A DNA stretch of 46,622 bases from Dehalococcoidia bacterium (GTDB taxonomy: Bacteria; Chloroflexota; Dehalococcoidia; GIF9; AB-539-J10). The translations under genes and the position numbers were made by a program. The notes below the pieces were generated by a model, which did no database searches, was not told the DNA's origin, and was given only the letters and a program-made list of their open reading frames with translations. The stretch is taken from positions 1 through 46,622 of the forward strand of contig JAOUFZ010000001.1 of assembly GCA_029857995.1 (NCBI GenBank), in the 5' to 3' direction. Position 1 is the first letter of the stretch. Each line of letters begins with the position of its first letter. This document shows, one piece after another, positions 1 to 9,301 of this stretch.

Positions 1-168
1 AACGATAGCATCCATGGCTGATGCCAAGATGGGGATGGACAAGATGAAGTCTCTTACGGTAAAGTCTATATTGGTTTGATCAGGATTAATAGTCACGTCT
101 CCAGGGACAAGCGCGACTTCATCAAATCCGTAAGCGCGCTCAATTTCTTTGAATTTGAGGTGAGGCAT
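1..168 (-). CDS. IMP dehydrogenase/GMP reductase family protein, N-terminal 56 codons only (gene runs off the left edge)
   Basis: Own translation of the minus strand from ATG at 168: MPHLKFKEIERAYGFDEVALVPGDVTINPDQTNIDFTVRDFILSIPILASAMDAIV. The FDEV.LVPG and PILASAMD motifs are typical of the IMPDH/GuaB-GuaC family N-terminus. Too short for the ORF track. Confidence 0.55.
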   Translation of the reverse strand, partial: MPHLKFKEIERAYGFDEVALVPGDVTINPDQTNIDFTVRDFILSIPILASAMDAIV

Positions 169-274
169 TTTCCTTTACCTTGATGGAAATTGGCACAAAC
201 TATACAAGCATGGCGAGCTAAAGTCAAGCAAGCTTGTAGATAAAATCATAGCTATTGAGTTATAATTCTGGGTC

Positions 275-967
275 ATGCCTATTCTATACGTCGTCGCTAC
301 TCCTATCGGCAATCTGGAGGATATTTCCCTGCGTGCGTTACGCGTTTTGAGGGAGGTAAAACTTATTGCTGCTGAGGATACCCGTAAGACGCGCCGCTTG
401 CTTAATGCGTACAATATAGAAACCCCGTTGACCAGTTATCATGAGCATAGTAAAAGAGCTAAAGTTGATTATCTATTGAGTTATCTGCAGAAGGAGGACC
501 TGGCTCTAGTTTCGGAAGCTGGCATGCCCGGCCTAAGCGATCCTGGTTACGACCTTATCGTCGCTGCTATTGAGCGAGGGATTTCTGTGGTACCGGTTCC
601 CGGTTCTTCAGCGGTGATCACTGCCTTAGTGGTTTCCGGGTTGCCGACCGACCAATTTGTTTACGTTGGATTTTTGCCCCGCCGCAAGGGACAAAGGCAG
701 CGTCTTCTCAGCTCAATATCTGATGAGTCCAGAACCATAGTGGCTTTCGAGGCACCCCATCGCCTGAGGGAGGCGTTGACTGATATTGAAGAGATTCTAG
801 GAAATAGAAGAGTATCCGTATGCCGTGAGCTTACTAAAGTTCACGAAGAGGTTTTCCGAGGCAGAGTGAGCCAGGCTAGGGAGCATTTCACCGAACCGAG
901 AGGGGAGGTTAGTCTCGTTATTGAAGGTAAGACTCGAGCCTGGTTGAAATTTCAGGAAAGGAGCTAA
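275..967 (+). CDS. rsmI: 16S rRNA (cytidine1402-2'-O)-methyltransferase RsmI
   Basis: 230 aa ORF. The N-terminus LYVVATPIGNLEDISLRALRVLREVKLIAAEDTRKTRRLL is the signature tetrapyrrole-methylase-fold RsmI start. Confidence 0.9.
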   Translation: MPILYVVATPIGNLEDISLRALRVLREVKLIAAEDTRKTRRLLNAYNIETPLTSYHEHSKRAKVDYLLSYLQKEDLALVSEAGMPGLSDPGYDLIVAAIERGISVVPVPGSSAVITALVVSGLPTDQFVYVGFLPRRKGQRQRLLSSISDESRTIVAFEAPHRLREALTDIEEILGNRRVSVCRELTKVHEEVFRGRVSQAREHFTEPRGEVSLVIEGKTRAWLKFQERS

Positions 968-968
968 A

Positions 969-1172
969 ATGCGCCGTGGTTGTATTGCTATAGGAAAGGT
1001 AGAATGTGACGGCTGTCATCGTCCTATCAAATATGGGGAGCGTTATCTTATGATCGACGGGGAGGGGGATGAGCGGCAGCGTCTTTGTATTGATTGTTGT
1101 GAGAGCCATGGTTATGTCTCATATGGAACAGAGAAAGGAAAGCAAATAATCACATTTCTCCCAAAGGAATAA
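969..1172 (+). CDS. small zinc-ribbon-like protein (CxxC ... CxxCC), function unknown
   Basis: 67 aa ORF starting 2 nt after the rsmI stop. A strong SD (AAAGGAG) lies 6 nt upstream. Cys pairs CDGC and CIDCC are present. Confidence 0.55.
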   Translation: MRRGCIAIGKVECDGCHRPIKYGERYLMIDGEGDERQRLCIDCCESHGYVSYGTEKGKQIITFLPKE

Positions 1173-1260
1173 ATTCTGGTAATCATCGTCTGAGGTCGAG
1201 GTCGGGGCCATGACATAGGTCAGCCGATGATTTACAATAGAGTAGCCTTTCGGTGATGAT

Positions 1261-2949
1261 TTGAGCGAGCACATTTTCATTGGTGTTGCCTGGCCCTATG
1301 CCAATGGTCCTCTACACTTAGGACATATCGCCGGCGCTTATCTGCCAGCCGATATTTTTGCGCGGTATCATCGTCTTAAGGGCAATAAGGTGCTGATGGT
1401 TTCGGGCAGCGACCAGCACGGGGCCCCGATTACAATTCGTGCGGAGAGAGAATCCACTACGCCGCAGGAGGTGGTGGCCAAGTACCACCAACAGTTTATC
1501 GACTGCTGGAAGAAACTGGGCATCTCTTTCGATTTATTTACTACCACTGGTACACCGAACCACACTCAGGTTACTCATAACATATTCCTCAATTTGCTCA
1601 ATAAGGGCTATATTTACAAAGACAAGATGCTTCAAGCTTATTGTCCTAAGTGCCAGAGGGTACTTCCCGACCGCTATCTGGAAGGTACTTGTCCTTACTG
1701 TGGCTTCACTAAAGCGAGAGGCGACGAATGTGATGCGTGTGGTAAGCCTTTGAACTCATGGGAGCTTAAGGACCTGCGCTGCTATCTTTGTTCTACTCCG
1801 CCTCGCTTTGAGTCTTCGGAGCATTTCTTTTTGCGCCTTCCTTCTTTTCAGGATAAGTTGACTGCCTGGATAAAAGAGCAGACTCATTGGCGGCATAATG
1901 TGCTTGGCACCACGTGGAAATTTCTGGGTGAAGGACTAAAGGACAGGGCTATTACTCGTGATTTGGACTGGGGAGTAACTGTACCACAATCAGGCTTTGA
2001 GCGTAAACGTATTTATGTTTGGTTTGAGGCAGTCATTGGTTATTTATCAGCGAGCAAAGAGTGGGCAAAATTACAGGGGGATGATACCGCCTGGCAAGCT
2101 TTCTGGCAAGATGATGCCAGGAGTTTTTATTTCATCGGCAAGGATAATATCTTTTTCCATACCCTTGTTTGGCCGGCGATGTTGATGGGCTATGGGGGTC
2201 TGAATCTTCCTTATGATGTTCCAGCTAATGAATTTTTGACTATCGAAGGCAAGAAACTTTCTACTAGCCGCGGTTGGGCAATTTGGCTTCATGATTACTT
2301 GGAACGGTATGAGCCCGATCCTCTAAGGTATGCCTTGGCAGCAAATATGCCTGAGACCGGGGACAGTGATTTTTCCTGGCATGAATTCCTTCGTCGTAAT
2401 AATAATGAGTTGCTAGCCACCTATGGCAATTTAGCTCATCGTGTTCTCACTTTTGCTTATCGCAATTTTGATGGAGTCGTGCCTACAGCGGGCGAAATGG
2501 ATGAACGCAGCCAGAGCTTGCTTCATGGGGCTGAAGTTACGCTAGACGGTGTGGATAAGTTACTTTATCATTGTCAATTTAAAGAGGCTGTTAAAAAGTC
2601 TATGTCTCTAGCCCAGGAAGCTAATCGTTATCTTGATGAACAAGCTCCATGGAAGACAATTAAAATAGAACGAGAGACTTCGGCTAAATCCGTTTATACT
2701 GTCCTCTCTGTGCTGGCAGCATTGAAAACTGTTTTTTATCCCTTCCTCCCCTTCAGTTCCGAAAGGCTTCATTCCTTCCTGGGATTTGATGGTAGTGTGA
2801 AAGAAGCAGGTTGGAAAGTTCAGTTTTTGCCTCCGGGGCAGAAACTTCGCCAACCCCAACCGCTATTTGTCAAGCTAGATGAAGATGTTGTCGATAAAGA
2901 AAGTAGCCGGCTTGATTCCCTGAGCGAAAATCGACAAATTGAATCTTGA
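1261..2949 (+). CDS. metG: methionine--tRNA ligase (short form, no C-terminal tRNA-binding domain)
   Basis: 562 aa with a TTG start. It has the HIGH motif (PLHLGHIAG), Zn knuckles (CPKC...CPYC...CDAC) and a KMSKS-like KLSTSRG. Confidence 0.95.
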   Translation: MSEHIFIGVAWPYANGPLHLGHIAGAYLPADIFARYHRLKGNKVLMVSGSDQHGAPITIRAERESTTPQEVVAKYHQQFIDCWKKLGISFDLFTTTGTPNHTQVTHNIFLNLLNKGYIYKDKMLQAYCPKCQRVLPDRYLEGTCPYCGFTKARGDECDACGKPLNSWELKDLRCYLCSTPPRFESSEHFFLRLPSFQDKLTAWIKEQTHWRHNVLGTTWKFLGEGLKDRAITRDLDWGVTVPQSGFERKRIYVWFEAVIGYLSASKEWAKLQGDDTAWQAFWQDDARSFYFIGKDNIFFHTLVWPAMLMGYGGLNLPYDVPANEFLTIEGKKLSTSRGWAIWLHDYLERYEPDPLRYALAANMPETGDSDFSWHEFLRRNNNELLATYGNLAHRVLTFAYRNFDGVVPTAGEMDERSQSLLHGAEVTLDGVDKLLYHCQFKEAVKKSMSLAQEANRYLDEQAPWKTIKIERETSAKSVYTVLSVLAALKTVFYPFLPFSSERLHSFLGFDGSVKEAGWKVQFLPPGQKLRQPQPLFVKLDEDVVDKESSRLDSLSENRQIES

Positions 2950-2969
2950 CTTGCCCTGTGCCTTTTGAT

Positions 2970-4796
2970 TTAGGTAGGTGTTGGCTGTGGTGCTAAGCCT
3001 TCAAATATTTTATCGAGCTCAGGTTCATCCAGAGTTTCATGAGCCATAAGCTCTCCAGCTAGCTGATTTAATTTTTCTTTATTCGCGGTCAGAATTTTCT
3101 TGGCGGTATTGTAGGCCCGCTGAATAATATTGTGCACTTCTTCATCTATTTCCTGGGCTATCTTATCGCTGTAATCCCTCTGTTCGCTTATCTCACGACC
3201 CAGAAAGACGAGTTCTTGCCTTTGACCAAACGTTCTCGGGCCCAGTTTCTCGCTCATTCCATACTCGGTGACCATTTTTCTGGCTAATTTAGTTGCTTGT
3301 TCTAAGTCGTTTTGGGCACCGGTAGTTGTTTCCCCGAAGTTAATTTCCTCGGCAACACGTCCGCCCAAGCTCACTGTCAATCTATCATCAAACTGAGACT
3401 TAGTCCATAAATGACGGTCTTCGGCTGGCAGGAAGCGTGTCCAGCCTCCCAACATCCCTCGAGCGACAATAGAAACCTTATGCACAGGGTCAGCATTAGG
3501 CAACATCTTGGCGGTCAAGGCATGTCCACTTTCGTGGTAAGCAATTATTTCTTTCTCCTTGGGACTTATTATACGGCTTTTCTTTTCTGGTCCAGCTATA
3601 GTGCGGTCGGTAGCATCCTCGAGCTCCTTTAATGTGATATCTTTACGATTTCGCCGCGCAGCAAGGATGGCTCCTTCATTGATTAAGTTAGCAAGGTCAG
3701 CGCCACTGAATCCTGACGTTTCTTTGGCTACAATTTCGAGGTCGACTTCTTTGGCCATCGGTTTGCCCTTGGCGTGTACTTCCAGAATAGCCTTGCGTCC
3801 TTTTATATCAGGTAGATCAATGACAATGTGGCGGTCAAAGCGCCCAGGTCGGAGGAGAGCCGGGTCGAGGATGTCGGGGCGGTTGGTAGCGGCCACGACG
3901 ATGACGTTGGTATTGGTATCGAAGCCATCCATCTCAGCCAGAATTTGATTGAGGGTCTGCTCCCTTTCGTCGTGCCCTCCACCTAAACCAGCACCACGGT
4001 GTCGACCTACAGCATCAATTTCATCAATAAATATAAGGCACGGTGCATTACGCTTGGCCTGCTCAAACAGGTCTCTGACCCTGGCAGCACCGACACCTAC
4101 AAACATCTCCACAAACTCGCTGCCACTAATAGAATAGAATGGCACCCTGGCTTCTCCCGCTATGGCTTTGGCCAGCAGAGTCTTACCGGTCCCTGGTGGC
4201 CCTACAAGGAGCACTCCTCGCGGGATGCGTCCCCCCAGTGCCTGGAATTTCTGGGGAGACCTGAGAAATTCCACTACTTCCTGGACTTCCTCTTTAGCCT
4301 CGTCTGTTCCGGCAACATCGGCAAAAGTCACATCGGGCCTCTTGTCGAGAGTCAATCGGGCGCGGCTCTTACTGAAATTGAAAGCTTGTGTTCCGGCACC
4401 ACGAGCGGCCCGGAAGAATAAGAAGTAAAATAGCGCCCCCAGCAGCACAATGGGTAGAATGACTGTTAATCCTATTGCTCCCCAATCAATGCCACCAACT
4501 ACGGAAGCAACGATACCAGGGTCTACCCCTCCGCTTTCGAGCAATTGCCGCAACTCCTCAGTACTGCCAATGAAGCCAGTTGTATACTTGGCCTCACCGT
4601 CTTTTAAGGCAATCAGGGTATCACCGTCTTGCTGGATAGTGTCAATTTGCTGTTCCTTAACCTTCTCGATGAAGGGCCCAATCTTATCTATGGGCACAGG
4701 GCCCGGTCCGGACATAACACGGGCAAGTATCAAGGCACCCACTACTATCAAGAGCAGCACGTAGAAAAAACCACTACGCCACCATTTCGTTTGCAT
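2970..4796 (-). CDS. ftsH: ATP-dependent zinc metalloprotease FtsH
   Basis: 608 aa with an N-terminal TM, Walker A GPPGTGKT, Walker B IFIDEID, SRH, and the HEXXH zinc site (HESGHAL). Confidence 0.95.
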   Translation of the reverse strand: MQTKWWRSGFFYVLLLIVVGALILARVMSGPGPVPIDKIGPFIEKVKEQQIDTIQQDGDTLIALKDGEAKYTTGFIGSTEELRQLLESGGVDPGIVASVVGGIDWGAIGLTVILPIVLLGALFYFLFFRAARGAGTQAFNFSKSRARLTLDKRPDVTFADVAGTDEAKEEVQEVVEFLRSPQKFQALGGRIPRGVLLVGPPGTGKTLLAKAIAGEARVPFYSISGSEFVEMFVGVGAARVRDLFEQAKRNAPCLIFIDEIDAVGRHRGAGLGGGHDEREQTLNQILAEMDGFDTNTNVIVVAATNRPDILDPALLRPGRFDRHIVIDLPDIKGRKAILEVHAKGKPMAKEVDLEIVAKETSGFSGADLANLINEGAILAARRNRKDITLKELEDATDRTIAGPEKKSRIISPKEKEIIAYHESGHALTAKMLPNADPVHKVSIVARGMLGGWTRFLPAEDRHLWTKSQFDDRLTVSLGGRVAEEINFGETTTGAQNDLEQATKLARKMVTEYGMSEKLGPRTFGQRQELVFLGREISEQRDYSDKIAQEIDEEVHNIIQRAYNTAKKILTANKEKLNQLAGELMAHETLDEPELDKIFEGLAPQPTPT

Positions 4797-4814
4797 ATCT
4801 CTATCCTCGTTTCA

Positions 4815-4823
4815 ATTATATCA
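4815..4823 (-). promoter_or_regulatory. extended -10 box TGATATAAT, 18 nt upstream of the ftsH ATG
   Basis: Plus strand ATTATATCA at 4815-4823. The ATG is at 4796, with GAGGA in between. Confidence 0.35.
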
Positions 4824-5043
4824 AATATATCGCAGATCGAAAAATCTAATTGTCAAATTTACAAGGGGGGTAGTCCTACGACAGAGTTCTAAACCTCCAG
4901 AATATACATGACAAGACGGCCTTAGTCAAATATTGCCATAAATGGTATAATCATGTAAGGAGGTCTGCGCCTTACTGGAACCTGAGGAAATAGCACGGTT
5001 AGCCACTGAACTTGCTTCTGAGAAGCAAGCGAAGGACATTGCC

Positions 5044-5319
5044 ATGCTGGACGTTAGAGCTTTGTGCTCTTTCGCAGATTATTTCGTGATTTGTACAGGA
5101 GATACCAAGCGCCATATTGAGGCTATCTGGCAGGGTATTGATGAGGTATTGAGAGCTAGAGACGTTGTGCCCCATCATAATGAAGGGACGCCTGACTCCG
5201 GTTGGTTGCTTGGCGATCTCGGCTCGGTTATTGTTCATATTTTCGGCCCTGTAGAGCGGGATTACTATCAACTGGACAAATTATGGGATAAGGCGATCCC
5301 TGTAGTTAGAATTCAATAG
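5044..5319 (+). CDS. rsfS: ribosome silencing factor RsfS (true start probably upstream, about 4972-4975, at a non-canonical codon)
   Basis: It carries the FADYFVICTG...HIEAI motif. In-frame homology-like sequence (EPEEIARLATELASEKQAKDIA) continues upstream of ATG 5044 to a stop at 4948. SD AAGGAGG lies at 4957-4963. Confidence 0.85.
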   Translation: MLDVRALCSFADYFVICTGDTKRHIEAIWQGIDEVLRARDVVPHHNEGTPDSGWLLGDLGSVIVHIFGPVERDYYQLDKLWDKAIPVVRIQ

Positions 5320-5759
5320 ATCCACGTATCTAGCTCTCTGTCGTAGTCGAAGATTTCGTCTGCTGAGAAGAATAGGTCTATTTCCTTGCAGGCATTTTCC
5401 GGTGAATCGGAGCCGTGCACTAAGTTATGTCCAACATCAATACCAAAATCACCCCTAATAGTGCCACTGGACGCTTTGGCAGGGTCAGTCTCTCCCATCA
5501 TTTGTCGTATTATTTGTACGGCGTTTTCACCTTGGAAGACGATGGCGATGAGTGGGTTGGAGGTAATGAAACTCACCAAATCGTCAAAGAAAGCCTTCCC
5601 TTTATGGATGGCATAGTGGCGTCGAGCTAAATTTTTCTCCATACGCAACATCTTCATAGCTACGATTTTAAGCCCCTTCCTTTCCAAGCGAGAAATGATT
5701 TGGCCGGCCAATGCCCGTTGTACGGCATCAGGTTTGATAAGCACTAGACTTCTCTCCAT
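5313..5759 (-). CDS. ndk: nucleoside-diphosphate kinase
   Basis: 148 aa. It has MERSLVLIKPDAV and the active-site NLVHGSDS. SD GGAAGGAG is upstream. Confidence 0.95.
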   Translation of the reverse strand: MERSLVLIKPDAVQRALAGQIISRLERKGLKIVAMKMLRMEKNLARRHYAIHKGKAFFDDLVSFITSNPLIAIVFQGENAVQIIRQMMGETDPAKASSGTIRGDFGIDVGHNLVHGSDSPENACKEIDLFFSADEIFDYDRELDTWIY

Positions 5760-5795
5760 GGTCTTAATCTCCTTCCTTTTTATCCTGGCTCCTTT

Positions 5796-6857
5796 CTAGA
5801 CTCTCATGAGCAGCGTAATCAAATCCACGTTTTGCAGGGAATCAACTACCGTATCAGCCTCGTTGAGATTCTCTCGGCGATGTGTGTTGGTTACAGCCAG
5901 GCACTTCATACCGGCAGTTTTGGCAGCTTTCACTCCTAGGGGAGAATCTTCAATTACAGTACAATCGTTGGGTGTTGCTTGCAGTTTCTCGGCGGCCAAA
6001 AGATATATTTGGGGGCTGGGTTTGCTTTCGGATACTTCCTGACCGAAGACAATACAATTGAAAATTCCTGCCAAATTAAGCTCACCGAGGGCCAAATCGA
6101 TATTTTCCCTGGGCGCTGAAGAGACCAAGCCCAGTCTAAAATTTCCCTTTTTGAGGGCATTGAGCAACCTTACTACGCCGGGAAACGGCTGGATGCGTCC
6201 TGTTGCCTTTCGTCGAAAAGCTTCTTCCTTTTCCTGTACCATGATCTTGACATCTCTTTCAGACAGCTCCTTGCCCATAATGCTGCCGATTATGAAGTCA
6301 TTTCTGGTGCCGAAGAGATGGGTGAAATCCTCTTTGGTGAATTCTATACCCCTTACGGCGAAGGTTTCCTGCCAGGCAGCAAAGTGGAAGGAACAGGAAT
6401 CGGAAATCACTCCGTCCATATCCCAGAGAATTGTCTTCTTTGATTGCCGGAACACGTAGAATAGGAAATTACCATCGGCTATGACTGTATTGTCCTTAAG
6501 GCTGAGCACTCCTTTAGCTTCTACGAGCCGTTTTGTCAATTTGGTGACCCAGGCAGATGCTTGGATGGGCTGATTGATGGGTGCTAATTGTTTGAATCTT
6601 ATCTCGCTCTTGGCAGTAACGCCAAGCTCAATTCCATGGCAAAGCATGGCGTAAGCGGTGACTTCATCGAGGAGGCTATAGAGAATGCCGCCGTGAACGA
6701 CGTTGTCCCAGCCTTGATGAAACTTCCCGGCCGTGAACTCCGCAGTGACTTTTTCTCCATCCTGAACAGGTTTCAGCTTTAGCCCTATTGGGTTCTCCTG
6801 GCTACAGGCAAAACAAAATTGTGCGGTATATTCAACATCCAATTTGGGAATTTCCAT
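5796..6857 (-). CDS. fusion protein: N-terminal PaaI/hotdog-fold thioesterase and C-terminal HAD-IA (beta-phosphoglucomutase-like) phosphatase
   Basis: The N-terminal half has CFACSQENPIGLKL and VHGGILYSLLDEV (PaaI-type hotdog). The C-terminal half has HAD motif I DMDGVISDS, motif II LVSSAP, motif III KPSP and motif IV IEDSPLGVKAAKTAGM. Confidence 0.75.
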   Translation of the reverse strand: MEIPKLDVEYTAQFCFACSQENPIGLKLKPVQDGEKVTAEFTAGKFHQGWDNVVHGGILYSLLDEVTAYAMLCHGIELGVTAKSEIRFKQLAPINQPIQASAWVTKLTKRLVEAKGVLSLKDNTVIADGNFLFYVFRQSKKTILWDMDGVISDSCSFHFAAWQETFAVRGIEFTKEDFTHLFGTRNDFIIGSIMGKELSERDVKIMVQEKEEAFRRKATGRIQPFPGVVRLLNALKKGNFRLGLVSSAPRENIDLALGELNLAGIFNCIVFGQEVSESKPSPQIYLLAAEKLQATPNDCTVIEDSPLGVKAAKTAGMKCLAVTNTHRRENLNEADTVVDSLQNVDLITLLMRV

Positions 6858-7575
6858 TTCTTTGTTTCCGTTGCTCCATTCGTGGTGATAAAAAAGGCGT
6901 TCTCTCTTTAGGCTTGGTTATATGAGGAGGGCGAAGGTATATTGGCTGCAGAGTGAGCAGGTCGTCGTGTTGTCCTTTGCTCAATTTTCGCCAACCTAAC
7001 GTAGCCAAAGAACTAGCTCGGGATAGACTATTATTTTGGCAAATTATAGCTCGCCTGCCCAGATATTGTTGAATTTGCCTTGCTATGTCGGCGGGAATTT
7101 CACCGCAAAAAAGCGTTTTCTGCTTGGTGCGATGCCACAGAGTCTCAACTGAGGCCAGATTTTCTACCTCTAGGCATTGCCATTCATCATCTTTTTGCCG
7201 ATAAACGGCAGTGGCTATTTCCTGGCGACCAGCCTTTTGAATGGCGCGCAGAGGCAGTCCAGTAAAAGCGAAGGGATAGGCTTCAGCTTCCAATGTGTTC
7301 ACACCAAGCAAAGGAATATGTAGACTGAAAGCCAGTCCTTTAGCAGTGCCTATGCCGACTCTAAGTCCATTGAAACTCCCTGGGCCTTTAGCTACAACGA
7401 TTGCTTCTATGGAGTCTAGCTCCACCTTGGCTTGTTGTAACAGGCAAACCAAATTCGGCAACAGTTCTATTGTATGGTTCTGTCTTGTTTGCCAGGTTAG
7501 CAGAGCCAGTATCTCACCTTTGTGAGATAAAGCAATGCTGACGATATTGGATGAAGTATCTATAGCTAGTTCCAT
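6832..7575 (-). CDS. tsaB: tRNA t6A37 biosynthesis protein TsaB
   Basis: MELAIDTSSNIVSIAL... and GPGSFNGLRVGIGTAKGLA are TsaB/YeaZ signatures. The start is chosen at the internal ATG 7575 of the 271-aa track ORF. Confidence 0.85.
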   Translation of the reverse strand: MELAIDTSSNIVSIALSHKGEILALLTWQTRQNHTIELLPNLVCLLQQAKVELDSIEAIVVAKGPGSFNGLRVGIGTAKGLAFSLHIPLLGVNTLEAEAYPFAFTGLPLRAIQKAGRQEIATAVYRQKDDEWQCLEVENLASVETLWHRTKQKTLFCGEIPADIARQIQQYLGRRAIICQNNSLSRASSLATLGWRKLSKGQHDDLLTLQPIYLRPPHITKPKERTPFLSPRMEQRKQRNGNSQIGC

Positions 7576-7675
7576 GTCAGAAATCCAAATGTGAGAAGCA
7601 GAAACAAGAGTGCGAAATGAGAGAGCAAAAGTGAGGAAGTCTTGCATTTTTGGTTGTCATTTTGACCTTTGGTTT

Positions 7676-8191
7676 TCAAATTCTGCCCTGTTTAACACTT
7701 CGCATTTTGGGCCAAAATTCCCTCTCTTTTTTGAGTTGTTTTATCAGTTCATTGTAGCGCTCGCCTTGAGGTTTCAAGCGGATGGACCTTCCTGTCTGGG
7801 AGACAGGCACATAGTGTATGGAGATGAGGAGATTGTCCTGTGGCACTACCTGCAGTCCCTTTTCCGCCCATTCAACGACACAGACTCCATCGCCATAAAA
7901 GTAATCCTCCAGCCCGAGGTCACCAATTTCTTCAATGCAATTGAGACGATAAAAATCAATGTGGTATAGGGGAAGTCGGCCATGATATTGTCTAAGTATG
8001 ACGAAAGAGGGACTGAAGGCATATTCTTTGACATTCAGGCCGCGAGCGATGCCCTGGACCAGACAAGTCTTGCCTGTCCCCAACTCGCCTGTGAGGAGGA
8101 AAACATCGGCCTTTCCAGCTAGTTTCCCCAAGTAACTTCCCAGAAGTTGAGTTTGTTCAGGGCTATGTGAATTCAACGTGAGAGACTGCAT
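7676..8191 (-). CDS. tsaE: tRNA t6A37 biosynthesis ATPase TsaE
   Basis: It has a Walker A in LLTGELGTGKT, then SPSF and LYHIDFYRL motifs. The start is chosen at MQSLTLNS; the track ORF extends to 8254 inside thiL. Confidence 0.85.
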   Translation of the reverse strand: MQSLTLNSHSPEQTQLLGSYLGKLAGKADVFLLTGELGTGKTCLVQGIARGLNVKEYAFSPSFVILRQYHGRLPLYHIDFYRLNCIEEIGDLGLEDYFYGDGVCVVEWAEKGLQVVPQDNLLISIHYVPVSQTGRSIRLKPQGERYNELIKQLKKEREFWPKMRSVKQGRI

Positions 8192-9191
8192 CTTTAAAGT
8201 GATCCCACCCCCCCTTTTTGTAAGGGATGATAGCTCCCTTGTTGTCCACGACAAGTACTCGTGTTGGCAACTTCTCTTTTGTTATATCACCTATTACGGT
8301 CACGGGACAGCTTAGGGCTTGCTTAGCTCGGGCGACGGTAGCCTTATCGGCGGTAAAAAGAAGCTCATAATCCTCTCCGCCAGATAGAGCCAGCTCCTGA
8401 CTGTTTGAGAAATGTGCTGTGACTACGGGGTGTACTGGGACTTGTTCTATATTTATCTTAGCGTTGACTTTGCTAGATTCGCATATATGGTCGAGGTCAG
8501 CGACGAGTCCATCGCTTATATCTATAGCAGTCCTGACTCCTTGTTGGATTAGGATTTGTCCTTCTTTTACTCTGGGCATGGGCCTGAAGTGAGCTTGTCT
8601 CAGGATATTTCTTGCCTTGGGGTCTGAGATGGTTTTTCCCTTGAGCATTTCGAGGCCAGCCGCTGATAATCCGACGTATCCTGTGACGGCTATTTGCTCG
8701 CCGGGGGAAGCTGTTGACCGCTCAAGCATGGTTTTGCCTTTTGAGCAGCCTATGATTGTTACCGTGATGACTATATTGGGAGCGGTAGCGACATTACCCC
8801 CAACTATCGCTACTCCAAATTCCGTGGCCATATGCATGAAGCTGTTGATCAACTCGGAGATGTCTTTCACCTTCACTTGAGTGGGCAATGCCAGAGAAAG
8901 CAAGGCGTACTTGGGAATACCGCCCATGGCAGCTATGTCGCTTAGATTTACAGCCAGTGCTTTCCAGCCCAATTCCTCCCAGGTAATAGCGCTCAGGTCG
9001 AAGTGAACGCTCTGAACGAGAGTATCTGTAGTGGCTAACTGGATGCGATTACCACTTTGCCAGGCAGCGGCGTCATCACCAATGCCCAGCAACATCTCTC
9101 GCCATGGAGTACGCTCAGGATTTTCGTATCTGGCACTGGCGGTGCGTATGAGGTTAATTAGACCAAACTCTCCTAATTCAGACAGTCTCAT
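8163..9191 (-). CDS. thiL: thiamine-monophosphate kinase ThiL
   Basis: It has MRLSELGEFGLINLIR, GIGDDAA and AIR-synthase-like domains. The start is chosen at ATG 9191, with an alternative at 9224. The track ORF runs to 9260. Confidence 0.9.
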   Translation of the reverse strand: MRLSELGEFGLINLIRTASARYENPERTPWREMLLGIGDDAAAWQSGNRIQLATTDTLVQSVHFDLSAITWEELGWKALAVNLSDIAAMGGIPKYALLSLALPTQVKVKDISELINSFMHMATEFGVAIVGGNVATAPNIVITVTIIGCSKGKTMLERSTASPGEQIAVTGYVGLSAAGLEMLKGKTISDPKARNILRQAHFRPMPRVKEGQILIQQGVRTAIDISDGLVADLDHICESSKVNAKINIEQVPVHPVVTAHFSNSQELALSGGEDYELLFTADKATVARAKQALSCPVTVIGDITKEKLPTRVLVVDNKGAIIPYKKGGWDHFKDAVSHVEFT

Positions 9192-9198
9192 CGCTGGA

Positions 9199-9207
9199 AT
9201 TATAGCA
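9199..9207 (-). promoter_or_regulatory. extended -10 box TGCTATAAT, 7 nt upstream of the thiL ATG (leaderless-type arrangement)
   Basis: Plus strand ATTATAGCA at 9199-9207 is the reverse complement of TGCTATAAT. The ATG is at 9191. Confidence 0.35.
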
Positions 9208-9284
9208 TTGGCCTGATTTGACATTCTAGCGCTCAGACATGGTATGTGGTTAGACCACAAGCCTTGTTGCCATTTTATTGCCTG

Positions 9285-9293
9285 TGGTATAAA
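9285..9293 (+). promoter_or_regulatory. extended -10-like box TGGTATAAA, 8 nt upstream of the rpsF ATG
   Basis: TGGTATAAA at 9285-9293. The ATG is at 9302 and no SD lies between them. Confidence 0.3.
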
Positions 9294-9301
9294 ATCTAGG
9301 G

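Noticed and set aside
3559-4428. Several 88-140 aa plus-strand ORFs inside ftsH
   Set aside because: They are antisense to a complete FtsH frame and show no independent coding evidence.
5313-5319. 7-nt overlap of the convergent rsfS and ndk stop regions
   Set aside because: The overlap is real but trivial, and compact convergent ends are common. No hairpin or regulatory signal is associated with it.
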